64,000 nucleotides of DNA from Opitutus sp. GAS368 (GCA_945861645.1 CAMAVZ010000007.1:1-64000); one strand, 5' to 3'; shown: positions 17,288 through 29,400, counted from the first letter of the stretch. Notes: generated from the sequence alone by a model not told the origin. Numbers and translations: made by a program.

Positions 17288-17668
17288 ATGAATCCTATCA
17301 TCCAAGAAATCACCGCCGCTCAGGTGAAACATAAAGTTGCGCCGTTTAAAGTCGGCGACGGTGTCCGCGTGCACACCAAAGTCCGCGAGGGAGATAAGGA
17401 GCGCGTACAGATTTTCACCGGCGTGGTCATTGCCCACAAAGGCAGCGGTATCCACGAGACCTTCACGGTCCGCCGCATCAGCTACGGCGAGGGCGTCGAG
17501 CGCGTGTTCCCTGTTAACTCACCAAACCTCGAGAAGATCGAGGTCGAGAAAGACTCCAAGCCCGGCAGGGCTCGGCTTTATTACCTGCGTGATCGCACCG
17601 GTAAGGCGGCGATGGCCGTTAAGGAAAAGCGCTATGACCCAACGGCTAAAGCCGCGGCCAAAGCCTAA
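17288..17668 (+). CDS. rplS: 50S ribosomal protein L19
   Basis: FKVGDGVRVH...EGDKERVQIF.GVVI, TFTVRRISYGEGVERVFP, RARLYYLR. Confidence 0.97.
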   Translation: MNPIIQEITAAQVKHKVAPFKVGDGVRVHTKVREGDKERVQIFTGVVIAHKGSGIHETFTVRRISYGEGVERVFPVNSPNLEKIEVEKDSKPGRARLYYLRDRTGKAAMAVKEKRYDPTAKAAAKA

Positions 17669-17698
17669 GCTAACGTCATTAGTTTATTCTCAGCACCG

Positions 17699-17724
17699 GG
17701 CGGGATCATTGATCCCGCCTTTTT
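17699..17724 (+). terminator. Intrinsic terminator after rplS
   Basis: GGCGGGATC-ATT-GATCCCGCC followed by TTTTT. Confidence 0.8.
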
Positions 17725-17885
17725 GTTGGGTTAATTGGAACCGCTCGCTTGGGCTTCAGCCGCCGTTGCGGTGGCTGTTTTCGGCATCGGCTGTTCGCCT
17801 CGGGTGATTTTTGTGCCAATAATTGAGCTTTGCAGGCTGGGGAATCCCACCGTAATTCAAGCTCACGCCTGCGTCTATTTAAATT

Positions 17886-19877
17886 ATGAAACTTCCGACT
17901 GAGATTCTCTCCCAAGCCTCTGCTCAAGCTCGTGGCCTTGCCATCGATGCCATTCATAAGTGCTCCTCCGGTCACCTCGGTCTGCCCCTTGGGTGTGCGG
18001 AAATCGGCGCCGTGCTCTATGGCCATGCTTTGGTGCATAATCCTGACGAGCCCCGCTGGCTGAACCGCGATCGCTTTGTGCTCTCGGCTGGGCACGGTTC
18101 GATGTTTCTCTACACGTGGCTGCACCTGAGTGGCTATGATTTATCACTCGAGGAATTAAAAAACTTTCGCGTGCTCCACAGCAAAACGCCGGGCCATCCG
18201 GAATTTCACGAGACGCCTGGCGTCGAGGCGACGACCGGCCCGCTTGGTCAAGGCATCGGCAATGCTGTTGGCCTAGCGCTGTCCGGCCAGATGGCCGCCG
18301 CCCATTTTAATACGACCACCCAGAAGATTTTTGATCATCACGTCCTGTGTTTAGCGGGCGACGGCTGCATGCAGGAAGGTGTCGCCATGGAGGCGTGCGC
18401 TTTCGCGGGTCACCAAGGGCTCGATAATTTGATTCTGATTTACGATGCTAATGACGTCACCCTCGACGCGATGGCGGCTAAGTCGCAGAGCGAAAACACC
18501 GTCGCCCGGTTTAAGGCGATTGGCTGGGATGTTCAGACGCTGCCTAATGGCCACGATCTCAGCGCGATTCTCAAAGCAATTACTAAAGCCAAAAAAGCGA
18601 AGAGCGGCCAACCGCAGTTGATTATTGCGAAGACCGTGATTGGGCAGGGGATTCCGGAAGTAGCGGGGACCGCCAAAGGTCACGGCGAGGGCGGGGCGAA
18701 ATTTGCGGCGGCGGCGCGGCAGGGACTCGGCTTGCCGGCGGATCAGCATTTTTATGTGAGTGACGCCGTGCAGGTTTATTTCGCTGAGCATAAAAAACGG
18801 CTCAAGCGCGGTTATAATAAGTGGAAAAAACTTTACGCGGCTTGGCGCGCGGCCGAGCCAGCTAAAGCCGCGCTGCTCGAGCAGGCCGGCGCGACGCCGA
18901 GCGCGGCGCACTTGCTGACCAAAATCCCTCTGTTTCCCCTCGAGGCTAAACTCGCCACTCGCGCCGCGGGCAGCAATGTATTGCAGCCGCTGGCAGCTGA
19001 GTTACCCCTCCTGATTTCCGGCAGCGCGGATCTCCACGGCTCGACATTGAATTATATTGCGGCTGATAAAGACTTCGATCGCACCAATCGCCTTGGTCGC
19101 AATTTGCGTTATGGTATTCGTGAACACGGCATGGCGGCGATTAGCAACGGGGTAGCCTATGATGGAATTTTCCGGCCCTCCTGTGCGACGTTCTTGGTTT
19201 TTGCTGATTACTCCCGTCCGGCGATGCGGATTGCGGCACTCGCCAAATTGCCGGTGATTTATATCTACACCCACGATTCCATTGGGGTGGGTGAGGATGG
19301 TCCTACGCATCAACCGGTGGAGACTGTTTCCGGTTTACGGGTTATCCCCAATCTCGACGTCATTCGTCCGGCTGATCCTGAAGAAACGGCGGGAGCCTTC
19401 GCGGCGGCATTGGAACGCATCTCCGGCCCGACGCTTTTGTCCCTGACGCGTCAGGCCGTGCCGATGCTGAATGATTGTTCGCCGCACGAACGGCGAGCCG
19501 GCGTCTTAAAAGGTGGCTATATTTTGATTCAGGAAATCGCTCCGTTAACGCACATTTTGCTCGCGAGCGGTAGTGAAGTTCAATGGGCCGTTGCCGCAGC
19601 GAAGACCCTCGGTGCTGGTACTCGCGTGGTCTCCATGCCCTCGTTGCTACGCTTTGATCAGCAACCTGCGGCTTATCGCGAAGCAATCTTGCCAGCAGCT
19701 TGTCGTAAACGCGTTGCGATCGAGGCCGGCGTCACCGCGCTTTGGCATAAGTATGTCGGACTCGACGGCCACGTAATCGGCATCGATCGCTTTGGCCTCA
19801 GTGCCCCAGGTAACATTGCCATGAAAGAACTCGGGATCACGACCGAAGCAGTCGTGGCTGCGGCGCGGGCTTTGTAA
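17886..19877 (+). CDS. tkt: Transketolase
   Basis: [65 protein letters not shown]. Confidence 0.97.
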   Translation: MKLPTEILSQASAQARGLAIDAIHKCSSGHLGLPLGCAEIGAVLYGHALVHNPDEPRWLNRDRFVLSAGHGSMFLYTWLHLSGYDLSLEELKNFRVLHSKTPGHPEFHETPGVEATTGPLGQGIGNAVGLALSGQMAAAHFNTTTQKIFDHHVLCLAGDGCMQEGVAMEACAFAGHQGLDNLILIYDANDVTLDAMAAKSQSENTVARFKAIGWDVQTLPNGHDLSAILKAITKAKKAKSGQPQLIIAKTVIGQGIPEVAGTAKGHGEGGAKFAAAARQGLGLPADQHFYVSDAVQVYFAEHKKRLKRGYNKWKKLYAAWRAAEPAKAALLEQAGATPSAAHLLTKIPLFPLEAKLATRAAGSNVLQPLAAELPLLISGSADLHGSTLNYIAADKDFDRTNRLGRNLRYGIREHGMAAISNGVAYDGIFRPSCATFLVFADYSRPAMRIAALAKLPVIYIYTHDSIGVGEDGPTHQPVETVSGLRVIPNLDVIRPADPEETAGAFAAALERISGPTLLSLTRQAVPMLNDCSPHERRAGVLKGGYILIQEIAPLTHILLASGSEVQWAVAAAKTLGAGTRVVSMPSLLRFDQQPAAYREAILPAACRKRVAIEAGVTALWHKYVGLDGHVIGIDRFGLSAPGNIAMKELGITTEAVVAAARAL

Positions 19878-20044
19878 ACCGCAAGTGGTCGAGAGCGGGA
19901 ACGCCCGCAATTTAAACTCGGCCTTTTAACCGAGAGTTCCGCCAATATTGCTCGAGGGTCGGGCCGGCTGGTTGCAAGCGAACTGATGACTAACTGCTTC
20001 CGCCACGTTGCGCAGATTTCACAAAAGACTCCTTGCGAAAATCA

Positions 20045-20056
20045 TTAGGAGGCTAA
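20045..20056. promoter_or_regulatory. Candidate MarR operator TTAG-N4-CTAA
   Basis: Palindrome TTAGGAGGCTAA 18 bp upstream of the MarR start and just downstream of a TTGCGA -35-like hexamer (20033-20038). Confidence 0.4.
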
Positions 20057-20074
20057 CTGTCTGCTGCCTTATTT

Positions 20075-20659
20075 ATGCCTCACCTGCTCATAAAAGATCT
20101 TCCGCGCTATGACTGCCTTTTGAAGGCGGCGAAAGAGTTTCCGGATTTAGATCCTTCTGCTGCAGAGGCGTTTTTGCATCTTCTTCGAACGGGCGATGAG
20201 GTTTTTTCGGTTACGGACCGCAGCATGGTTGAGCACCATATTTCGCAGGGCCGTTTTGGCGTTTTAATGCTATTGTGGCGGAGTGCGGCGCGGTGTGCTG
20301 CGGGCTCGCTTGGGGCCGAGCTCCCGATGGACCCGCGCACACCCGCTGAATTAGCCGATGCCGCCGGCGTGACTCGTGCCACGATGACGGGGCTTTTAGA
20401 TACTCTCGAGCGCGATGGTTTTGTGAAGCGGGCCCCCGACCCAGATGATCGTCGGATGATTTCAGTGCGGCTGACGGCGGTAGGGGAACGTTTTTTGCGG
20501 GATTTTTTACCCGGACATTTTCAAACCATCACGGCGCTGATGAGTCCGCTGAGTGAGAGTGAGCGTAAAACGTTGGTTGGCTTGCTCGGTAAAATCCAGC
20601 AGCAGGCGGCGGTCCTAGGCTTAGTCAAGCCCGTGTCGGCGCTGGTGGCCGTGGGCTAA
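20075..20659 (+). CDS. MarR family transcriptional regulator
   Basis: wHTH TPAELADAAGVTRATMTGLLDTLERDGFVKR..DPDDRR...VRLT; heads the efflux operon. Confidence 0.93.
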   Translation: MPHLLIKDLPRYDCLLKAAKEFPDLDPSAAEAFLHLLRTGDEVFSVTDRSMVEHHISQGRFGVLMLLWRSAARCAAGSLGAELPMDPRTPAELADAAGVTRATMTGLLDTLERDGFVKRAPDPDDRRMISVRLTAVGERFLRDFLPGHFQTITALMSPLSESERKTLVGLLGKIQQQAAVLGLVKPVSALVAVG

Positions 20660-20694
20660 TGCAATTTTAAAAATTAATCCTGATTTCTCTCTTT

Positions 20695-21816
20695 ATGTTT
20701 AAAAAATTCCTCATCGCCCTGGGTGGTTTCATCTTGGTGGTAGCGACGCTCGGCGCGGTCAAAGTGGCCCAGATCAAAAAATTAGCTTCAGCCCCGCGGC
20801 TCGCGCCGGTTAGCGCGGTCACGACCAGTACCGCGGTAGCGGCTACGTGGTACCCGCGGCTCCAAGCCATCGGCTCCTTGGCCCCAGTGGAAGGAGTCAC
20901 GGTCAGCGCCGATGCTGACGGCACCATTGTTAAAATTGGCGCCGAGAGCGGCACGCTGGTCGCGGCCGGGGCTTTATTGGTGGAACTTGATACCAGCGTA
21001 GAGTCAGCGCAGTTAAATGCTATCCAAGCCCGCGGTGAATTGGCGCGGATTAATATGTCACGCGCGCAAGATCTGCTCGGGAGCAAGGCCATGGCGCGGG
21101 CAGAATATGATGCGATCGCCGCAGCTTACAAACAATCGGTCGCCGATTTGGCCGCGCTGCAGGCCCTTATAGAGAAGAAGCACGTGCGCGCACCTTTTGC
21201 CGGTCGGGTCGGCATTCGCCTCGTGAATGTTGGCCAATACGTCGCCAAGGGCCGCGCTCTGATGCCGCTCCAAAAGCTCAATCCAATCTTCGTTAATTTT
21301 AGTGTGCCGCAGCGGGAGTTACCGAATTTGGTCATCGGACAAAAGACGGTTGTAAGCGTCGACGCTTTCCCCGGGGTTAATTTTCCCGGAGCAATTTCTG
21401 CAATCAATTCCGAGGTTGATGCCGCTACGCGCAATTTAGGGGTGCAAGCGACGCTGGCCAATCCCGCCGAGGTGCTCCGCGCCGGCATGTTTGCTCAGGT
21501 GTTCATTGAATTACCCGTGCCCGCCGCTAAAATTGTCTTACCTGCCACCGCCATCGCCTACGCTTCCTACGGCAATTCGGTCTTTATTGTCGAAAAAATG
21601 AAAAACAAAGCGGGGCAAGAGTACCTCGGCGTGCGCCAGCAAATCGTCCAACTCGGTGTCACCCGGGGCGATCTTATCGCCATTGAGGAAGGGGTTAAGG
21701 CGGGTGAAGCGGTCGTCACCACGGGAGTTTTCAAGCTGCGCAACGGAGCCGCCGTCCAAATTAATAATACGGTCCGTCCCGCCGATAGCGCTACGCCCAA
21801 ACCAGCAAATACCTGA
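20695..21816 (+). CDS. RND efflux periplasmic adaptor (MFP)
   Basis: N-terminal TM, lipoyl halves (VSADADGTIVKI...; VRAPFAGRVG), LRAGMF, GEAVVTTG. Confidence 0.93.
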   Translation: MFKKFLIALGGFILVVATLGAVKVAQIKKLASAPRLAPVSAVTTSTAVAATWYPRLQAIGSLAPVEGVTVSADADGTIVKIGAESGTLVAAGALLVELDTSVESAQLNAIQARGELARINMSRAQDLLGSKAMARAEYDAIAAAYKQSVADLAALQALIEKKHVRAPFAGRVGIRLVNVGQYVAKGRALMPLQKLNPIFVNFSVPQRELPNLVIGQKTVVSVDAFPGVNFPGAISAINSEVDAATRNLGVQATLANPAEVLRAGMFAQVFIELPVPAAKIVLPATAIAYASYGNSVFIVEKMKNKAGQEYLGVRQQIVQLGVTRGDLIAIEEGVKAGEAVVTTGVFKLRNGAAVQINNTVRPADSATPKPANT

Positions 21817-21893
21817 ATGCCGAGCTGAGGTAACATGATCGCTCGATCACCCGTTGCTGCAGTACCAGCGAGTCTACTTTTCTTTTTCGTCCT

Positions 21894-24800
21894 ATGAAAT
21901 CTTCTTTTACTGACCTGTTCATTCGCAAGCCCGTCATCGCGCTGGTGGTTAACTTGGTCATTCTGATTGTCGGTTTGGTCTCATACACTAAGCTCAATAC
22001 CCGCCAGTATCCTCGCAGCGACAGCGCGGTGGTTAACGTGACCACGATTTATTTCGGAGCCAGCGCGGACACGGTTCGCGGCTACATTACCACCCAACTG
22101 GAGCGCAGTATTTCGAGTGCCGATGGCATCGATTACATTGAGTCGACTAGCACGGCCGGCATTAGCACCATTAAGGTTTATCTCCGGCTGAACTACGACA
22201 CCAACGCCGCGCTGGCGCAGATCAGCTCAAAGATTGATCAGGTGCGCAACGAGTTGCCGCCCGGTTCGGAGACGCCGACGATCAACGTGGAGACGGCGGA
22301 TAGCCAATTTGCTTCTGCTTACCTGAGTTTCTACTCCGACACGCTCGATCAGAATCAAATCACCGACTATTTGAACCGCATGGTGCAACCACGGCTCTCC
22401 GCGGTTAAAGGCATTCAACGCGCGGATGTCTTAGGCGGTCGCGTGTTCGCGATGCGTATTTGGTTGAAGCCCGAGGAACTTGCGGCGCGTGGTCTCAGTC
22501 CCTCCGATATCCGAGCCGCCCTGCAAGCGAACAATGCCCTGGCGGCCGTCGGGGCGACCAAGGGTTCGATGATTAGCGTCAGCTTGGTCGCAAATACTGA
22601 TTTGAAAAATGTGGAAGAATTCAAGCAGTTGGTCGTCGCCCAGCGCAACGGCTCGATCATCCGACTGAGAGATATCGCGGAAATCGTCTTGGGCGCAGAA
22701 GATTACAACACCGAGGTAAGATTCGGCGGCCAAACGGCTACTTTTATGGGCCTCTGGGTTTTGCCCACGGACAGCACCGTAGAGGTGATCGCGCGCGCGC
22801 GGGCTATTATGCCGGAGATCGAGCGCGCCCTGCCGGCAGGGTTACACTTCAAACTCGCGTATGATGGGACCAAATACATCAGCGACGCGCTCACCGAGAT
22901 CCTACGCACGTTAATTGAAACGCTGCTCATTGTGATGGTAGTGATTTTCCTGTTCATGGGTTCGTTGCGTTCGGTGCTCATTCCGATCATCGCGATGCCG
23001 CTTTCACTGGTGGGGGCGCTCGCGCTCATGGTGGCTTTTGGTTTTACGATCAACTTGCTTACCCTCCTCGCGGTGGTCTTGGCCGTCGGGATCGTGGTGG
23101 ATGATGCGATCGTGGTAGTGGAAAATATTGAGCGCCATATCCGGGAGGGCCAAACACCCGTGGAGGCGGCGATTTTGGGTGCGCGGGAATTAGTGGGGCC
23201 GGTTATTTCAATGACGATTACCTTGGCCGCCGTTTATGCCCCGATTGCTTTTCAGGGTGGTCTAACTGGCGCGCTGTTCCGTGAATTTGCGCTGACGCTG
23301 GCCGGGGCAGTGGCAGTTTCCGGATTTGTGGCACTCACGCTTTCGCCGATGATGAGTGCTTATTTACTTCAGGATCATGATCACGAGGATCAAGGACTCA
23401 GCGGGCGCATTAATCGTGGTTTCGACCGCGTCCGGGATCGCTATGAAAAAATTATCGGGGCCAGCCTCGGCTGGGTGCCAGTAACGATCACGGGGGCGGC
23501 GCTGCTGACGCTCTTGCTTGTGCCTTTCTTTATGTTTGCGCAGCGCGAACTCGCGCCCAAAGAGGACCAAGGGGTGGTCTTTAGTATTTTGCAGCCGGCC
23601 CCGACGGCGACGATTGATCAAAATTCCCTCTTCGCCGCGGAGGTGCAGCAAATGTATGCGGCGGTGCCTGAATACGAAAACTCGTTTCAAGTGACGGGAG
23701 CCAATTTTGGCTTTGCTGGTCTCATTTTGAAACCGTGGTCCCAGCGGCAGCGCAACGCCGTGCAAATTCAAGAGTCATTGCAAGCGCCGGCTGCCACCAT
23801 TGCGGGGGTCCAACTTATCGTTACGACCCCCGAGCCGCTACCCGCGGGCGGGCAATTCCCCATTGAATTGGTGATTCGTTCCACGGACGGGCATCGGGAA
23901 ATGCTCGAGTACGCGCAGCAACTCGTGCTCTACGCCAACACCGAGGCAAATGCGGCCGGTGGGGCGCCCACTTTCTATTTTGCGGACAGCGATTTGAAAT
24001 TCGATTTGCCCCAAGTTGAGATTGATATCGATAAAGACAAAGTTGCTTCCATGGGCCTCAACCTCAGCGACGTCGCTCGGGATTTGGGCTCCTTGCTGGG
24101 GGGCGGCTACGTCAACCGCTTCGTCAACGACGGCCGCAGCTATCGCGTGATTCCCCAAGTCGAACGGAGTCAGCGCCTCAACGCGGATCAGCTTTTGAAT
24201 TACAATGTACGGGGCCCCGCCGGCCAACTGATTCCTTTGTCCACGATTGCGACCCTCAAGCGCACGGTGCAACCGCGGACGCTGAACCGCTTTCAGCAGC
24301 TCAATTCCGTGAAAATCACCGGCGTTGGTCCCAGCATCGATAATGCGTTAAAGAAATTAGAAGCTAAGGCGGCTGAAATTTTACCGCCGAGTTACTCGAT
24401 CGATTACGGCGGTCAATCGCGGCAATTGCGCGTGGAGGGTGGGGCACTCTGGAAGGCCGCCGCGTTGTCGTTGGTGCTCATCTTTCTTGTCTTGGCGGCG
24501 CAATTTAACAGCTTTCGCGATCCGTTTATCATTCTGCTCGGCTCCGTGCCGCTCGCGCTGGTCGGGGCCATGGTGCCGATCTTTCTCTTGAAGACGTCAC
24601 TCAATATCTATTCGCAGATTGGTCTCATCACCCTCGTCGGCTTGATCGCCAAGAACGGCATTCTGATTGTGGAATTCGCGAATACACTGCAAGAGCAGGG
24701 GCTGGCGAAGCGCGAGGCCATACGCCGAGCCGCCGCCACCCGCTTGCGGCCCGTCTTGATGACCTCAGCCGCGACGGTATTTGGCCATCTCATGCTCATC

Positions 24801-24974
24801 TTCGTCACCGGACCCGGCGCGGCCGCGCGCAACAGCATCGGCTGGGTGCTCGTCATCGGCATGGCGGTGGGAACCATCTTCACTCTCTACGTGGTGCCGG
24901 CCTTTTATATGCTGATCGCTCGTGATCATAATGCGCGGACCGCTAACTCCGTGCAACCCGGGCTCGCCAAGTGA
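21894..24974 (+). CDS. RND efflux permease (AcrB/MexW-MexI-like)
   Basis: 1026 aa; FIRKPV, GIVVDDAIVVVENI, ALTLSPMM, GLIAKNGILIVEFAN, RLRPVLMT. Confidence 0.96.
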   Translation: MKSSFTDLFIRKPVIALVVNLVILIVGLVSYTKLNTRQYPRSDSAVVNVTTIYFGASADTVRGYITTQLERSISSADGIDYIESTSTAGISTIKVYLRLNYDTNAALAQISSKIDQVRNELPPGSETPTINVETADSQFASAYLSFYSDTLDQNQITDYLNRMVQPRLSAVKGIQRADVLGGRVFAMRIWLKPEELAARGLSPSDIRAALQANNALAAVGATKGSMISVSLVANTDLKNVEEFKQLVVAQRNGSIIRLRDIAEIVLGAEDYNTEVRFGGQTATFMGLWVLPTDSTVEVIARARAIMPEIERALPAGLHFKLAYDGTKYISDALTEILRTLIETLLIVMVVIFLFMGSLRSVLIPIIAMPLSLVGALALMVAFGFTINLLTLLAVVLAVGIVVDDAIVVVENIERHIREGQTPVEAAILGARELVGPVISMTITLAAVYAPIAFQGGLTGALFREFALTLAGAVAVSGFVALTLSPMMSAYLLQDHDHEDQGLSGRINRGFDRVRDRYEKIIGASLGWVPVTITGAALLTLLLVPFFMFAQRELAPKEDQGVVFSILQPAPTATIDQNSLFAAEVQQMYAAVPEYENSFQVTGANFGFAGLILKPWSQRQRNAVQIQESLQAPAATIAGVQLIVTTPEPLPAGGQFPIELVIRSTDGHREMLEYAQQLVLYANTEANAAGGAPTFYFADSDLKFDLPQVEIDIDKDKVASMGLNLSDVARDLGSLLGGGYVNRFVNDGRSYRVIPQVERSQRLNADQLLNYNVRGPAGQLIPLSTIATLKRTVQPRTLNRFQQLNSVKITGVGPSIDNALKKLEAKAAEILPPSYSIDYGGQSRQLRVEGGALWKAAALSLVLIFLVLAAQFNSFRDPFIILLGSVPLALVGAMVPIFLLKTSLNIYSQIGLITLVGLIAKNGILIVEFANTLQEQGLAKREAIRRAAATRLRPVLMTSAATVFGHLMLIFVTGPGAAARNSIGWVLVIGMAVGTIFTLYVVPAFYMLIARDHNARTANSVQPGLAK

Positions 24975-25005
24975 CCAGCCAACATCTTTTATTCCAGCCT
25001 GCTTT

Positions 25006-26379
25006 ATGAAATTTATTTCAAGTTCCTGCGCTTCCCTTGGCCTCGCTCTTCTGCTCAACGGCCTGCCGCTCACCGCTCAGGTCGATGCCGGTAAGCCGGA
25101 CCCAACGTACTCCGGGCCGGCCGCACTTGATTTGCCTTACGCCTTGGCCTTTGCCCTCGATAATAATTTTGCTATCCGCCAAGCGAAAGAGCGCATTCGC
25201 CAGCAGGACGGGGTCGTCTTGGAAGTGCGCAGCACGCAAATTCCAACTGTCGCGGCGGGCGGCAGCCTCCAGCGCAACGACACCAGCGTCGGCCCAACGG
25301 GCGAGGACAGGTACTGGTCTTTCAGTATCACGGCTAAGCAAACGCTTTATTCGGGTGGGGGAGTCTCGGCTCAGGTGCGCGGGCAACAGCTCAATTTGGA
25401 TGCCTCCATCCTTACTTTGCAGGCCGTGATCAACGATGCCCTGCTCGAGGTGCGCACGCGCTTTTACACCGTGCTCGTTAATCGCGAGCGGATCAAAGTG
25501 CAGGAGCAAAACACCGAGTTGTTGCAGCGGCAGTTACAGGATGTGAAAAACCGCTATGAAGCGGGTACCGTTTCCAATTTTGAGGTGCTCCGCTCTGAAG
25601 TTGCGCTCGCGAACGCGCAGACCCCGCTCATCACCGCGCGCAATGATTATCGCTTGGCGATCGAGGAATTGCGCCGCTCGCTCGGCTTAGTCACAGCGGC
25701 CGAGAATAATTTGGCGAATGTTCCTGAATTTCAGGGCACTTTAGAATTTACCCCCGCTAGTTTTGACCTGCGCACGGCCTTGGTCGCCGCGCGGGAACAG
25801 CGGCCTGACCTGCTGCGCTTGAAGAAACTGGCGCAGGCCGCCGAAGAGGGAGTCACCGTTCGTCGGGCCGGCTATCTGCCTAGCGTGGCGCTTTTTGGGG
25901 CCTACGACTGGCGCAAAGCCGCTGGGTCGAATAATTTCCCTGGCGATCGCGACGGCTGGATGTTTGGGCTCTCCTCGGCTTGGAATATATTTGATGGTCA
26001 GGCCACCTCTGGCCGCGTAGCCCAAGCCCGCTCGCTGCTCGCCCAGGCCAAGCTTTTTGTCGAGGAGGCTCAGTTATCCGTCGATGTTGATGTTCGCCGG
26101 GCCATCTCGACGTTCCAGCAGGCTAATGAACTCGCGGAAGCCTCCAAGAAAGTCGTTGAGCAAGCCACCGAGGCGCTGCGTCTCGCCAATGCACGCTACA
26201 ATGCCGGCACCGCTACTCAACTCGATGTGCTGACTTCGCAGGTCGATCTCACGACGGCGCGGCTCAATCAAGTCCAGGCTTACTACAGCTACAACGTAGC
26301 CGTCGCGACGACCCGTAAAGCCATGGGCCTGGCGGATGAGCTGCGTCCGGTTGACTCGTTGAGCAGGCCCGCCAAATAA
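25006..26379 (+). CDS. TolC family outer-membrane efflux protein
   Basis: Signal peptide and two OEP repeats (RYEAGTVSNFEVL; RYNAGTATQLDVL). Start moved to ATG 25006. Confidence 0.92.
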   Translation: MKFISSSCASLGLALLLNGLPLTAQVDAGKPDPTYSGPAALDLPYALAFALDNNFAIRQAKERIRQQDGVVLEVRSTQIPTVAAGGSLQRNDTSVGPTGEDRYWSFSITAKQTLYSGGGVSAQVRGQQLNLDASILTLQAVINDALLEVRTRFYTVLVNRERIKVQEQNTELLQRQLQDVKNRYEAGTVSNFEVLRSEVALANAQTPLITARNDYRLAIEELRRSLGLVTAAENNLANVPEFQGTLEFTPASFDLRTALVAAREQRPDLLRLKKLAQAAEEGVTVRRAGYLPSVALFGAYDWRKAAGSNNFPGDRDGWMFGLSSAWNIFDGQATSGRVAQARSLLAQAKLFVEEAQLSVDVDVRRAISTFQQANELAEASKKVVEQATEALRLANARYNAGTATQLDVLTSQVDLTTARLNQVQAYYSYNVAVATTRKAMGLADELRPVDSLSRPAK

Positions 26380-26489
26380 AGTTCCTGGTTACGGCCTGAC
26401 GCATAATTTTTCGAGCCCGCGCACCCTAGCCGGGCGGTTTTCAAGCGTGCCATCAATCTCTTTGCTGTCAGTCTGAAGCCACGGACCGC

Positions 26490-29400
26490 ATGAAATTATT
26501 TCGGTTATCATTAATTATCGGTGGCCTAGTGATGCTGGTGGCGGTCAGCCTGGGGACGCTGGCTTTCAATCCCGCCGTGCAGCGGTGGGCCTTGCTGCGG
26601 GGGGCGAAGAATCAACCCAGTCTGCGTCTCGACGTGGCGGACATTGCGGTAGGCTGGTCGAAGGTTGCGGTGCGCGGCCTGACTTTTCAGCGGGCCGGTT
26701 TAAGCGTAAAATTAGGCCACTTGACGGCCGATTATTCACTCTGGGAGGTGTTGGCGCAGCGGCGTCTATCGATTCATCAACTGACCGTAACCGATTTGCT
26801 GATTGATGCTAGGTCAATGGCGGCCCGTCCAGCCGCACTCACCACCGTGGCGTCGCCGGTGGCGGCGCTGGGGCTCTTGGCGCAATGGCAGCTTCCTGGC
26901 GAATTTATCTTGGATGACATTGTGATCGAGGGGCAGGTTTTATTACCGGGGGCCTCGCCCGTGCTGGCTGACCTTAAGCTCAGCGGCGGCCAGTTTGCTC
27001 CGGGTCGAGTCGGCACCTTGCAGCTGAAGGCCGTCTTGAAAAACCCCTCCGCCAGCGCGCGGGTCGGCGTTTTGCATGCGCAGGTCAAGGTGCAGGCTAC
27101 GCAGGGTCCGGGGAATTATTTTACTCAGATTAGCGCGTCGGCTATCGCCAACGCAGTGGGAGACCCCATTGTTGAGCAAACCCAGCTCAAGCTGGCGGCT
27201 GAATTGCACCAGTCCCCGGGCGGCGAAAAATATTCTTTCCGCGCCGATACTTTGGTTGAGGGAGTCCCAGAAAATATCTTGGCTTTAGCCGCAACGTTGC
27301 CTCGGGGGGCAATCGAATATGCGGGGCAATGGTCGCTCAAGGCCCGGACCGCGCAAGTGGAGCCTTTCTTCCTCGGCGGCGCGCTGCCCGATTTCAAGAT
27401 CAACGGCAGCGGTCAGTTTGTTTTTAACCCCGACCGCACGGCGCTGACCCTCCAAGGAAAATTGCAAACCGACCTCAGCCGACTGGAGGCGCTGCACGCA
27501 GGTTGGCGCGACTTGGGGGCTGTTTCGGTTACGGCGCAATTTGATATCGCAGGAGCTGGGGGAATCGTCCGCTTCAACCAACTCGATGTTCGGGTTGACG
27601 GTGCGCAGCCAATGCTGGTGTTGCAGGCGAAGCGCGGCGCCCCGGTAAATATTAAGGAGCAGCACCTGCAGATTGGGCCGGTCGACCTTGGCGACGAACT
27701 CGATTTGCATATTATGGGTCTGCCGATCGCTTGGCTTCGACCTTGGGTGCCGCCGGTCGAACTCACTGGAGGGTTAATCACGGGCCGCCTTGCGGTCGGC
27801 GTGGACCAGCAGCGCTTGCGCTTGCGCATGGTGCAGCCCTTGCGCGTCGCGGCACTCTCCATCGCCCAAGGTGGACAGCCGTGGCTAAACCAAGCTGAGG
27901 TAAGCTTACAGGCTGAGGCGCTACTCGCGGCGCAAGTATGGACCGTGCAGGTGAGCGCATTAGCGATGCAGACCGCGGCGGGGGATCGCCTGCAGGCCCA
28001 GGTTACGGTCATGCTTCCGGTGACACCTGCGCCCTCCCTTACGATTAAAGCGAATTACACGGGTGACTGGCCTCAGTTACTGGCCCCTTGGTTGCCGGTG
28101 GGCCGCATTCGCTCTGCGGGACAGCTTGAGATTAGCAAAACTGGCGAAAAAATAACCATTCACCGCTGTGATTTATCTTTGACCGGTGATCAAGGCGTGC
28201 CTCTTGGCCAAATACTCGCTTTGCAGCCGTTCACGGTGGACCTACCTGCCCGCCGCGGATGGGTTAATCAGGCCCAGCCAGCGATCGCGGACCACAGCGG
28301 TGCGAGCGATCTAATGCGGGTGACCTGGGGAGCAATACCGATCGATCGGTTGCCGTTCAGCCTCGCTGGTGGGCAATTTAGCGGGATAGCCGCGGCGGGG
28401 GGATTCTTGCTCGGGGCCCAAGGGAATCAGCTGACCCTCCGCGCGGAGGCTCCGTTAAATTTCCGCCAACTAACTTGGGTGCAAGCTGGCCGCTCGCGGG
28501 TGCGCGACTTACAGCTCACGGCCCAACCTTCGGTTGAGTTTACCGGAGCGGATAATTTTAAACTACTGACTGGGGACGTCCTAATCCAGAACACGGCGGG
28601 CGCAAAAATTTTCAGTGGGCAAGGTGAATTAGCGCGAACCGCTGAAATCGGCTTGCGGGGCTCGTTGACGTTGGCGCTGGAGTTGCCGGCGCTATTGGCT
28701 CAACCCCTCTGGGGCGGGTCGCCGTTGCTGTCCGCGGGCCGAGTGAGCGGGGAAATTCGGGTGGCGGGCAACAGACTCGAGCAAGTGGAGGCTCGTTTGA
28801 CGAGCAATGGACTCGTTGCAGCTACGGGCAACGACGCACTGCCGGTCGCCAATTTAAGTTTTCGCATGATCGTGCAACCAAGCGGCCAAGTCACAGTGCA
28901 GGCTCCGTTGTTATTAGACCGCGCCGGTCAGCGCTCGGATTTAAATTTAAAGCTCGAGCTCCAACCACGAGTTGGCGGGTACACGGTGGCGGGGCGGGTC
29001 AGCGGGGCGCAGGTAGATTATGCTGATGCCATCGCAGTCGGTGGGCTGGTCAGTGCGGCGGCGCTGCCCCTATTGGCGGCTGCTTCAGCGCCGGCGGGGG
29101 TGGTTAAAAATAACGCTGACGCCACGCCTGCTTGGGCCCAGTACAACGGTCGAGTCACCTTGGACGTGAAGGCGGTGCACTGGGGGGCGGATTGGGCCAT
29201 GAGCGATTTGACGGGCCAGCTCGGCCTAGAGCCCACGCGTTTAGTGCTCGAGCAGCTGAGTGCGACCATGGGCGAAAAAAGTAAATTCGCCGCGCAGGGA
29301 GAAATTAAATTTAGCGCCGGCGTTATGCCTTACGCCCTGCGGGCCAATTTTTCTTTGCCGGATTTCGATGCCGGTAAATTTTTCTCGGCGCTGACGCCGA

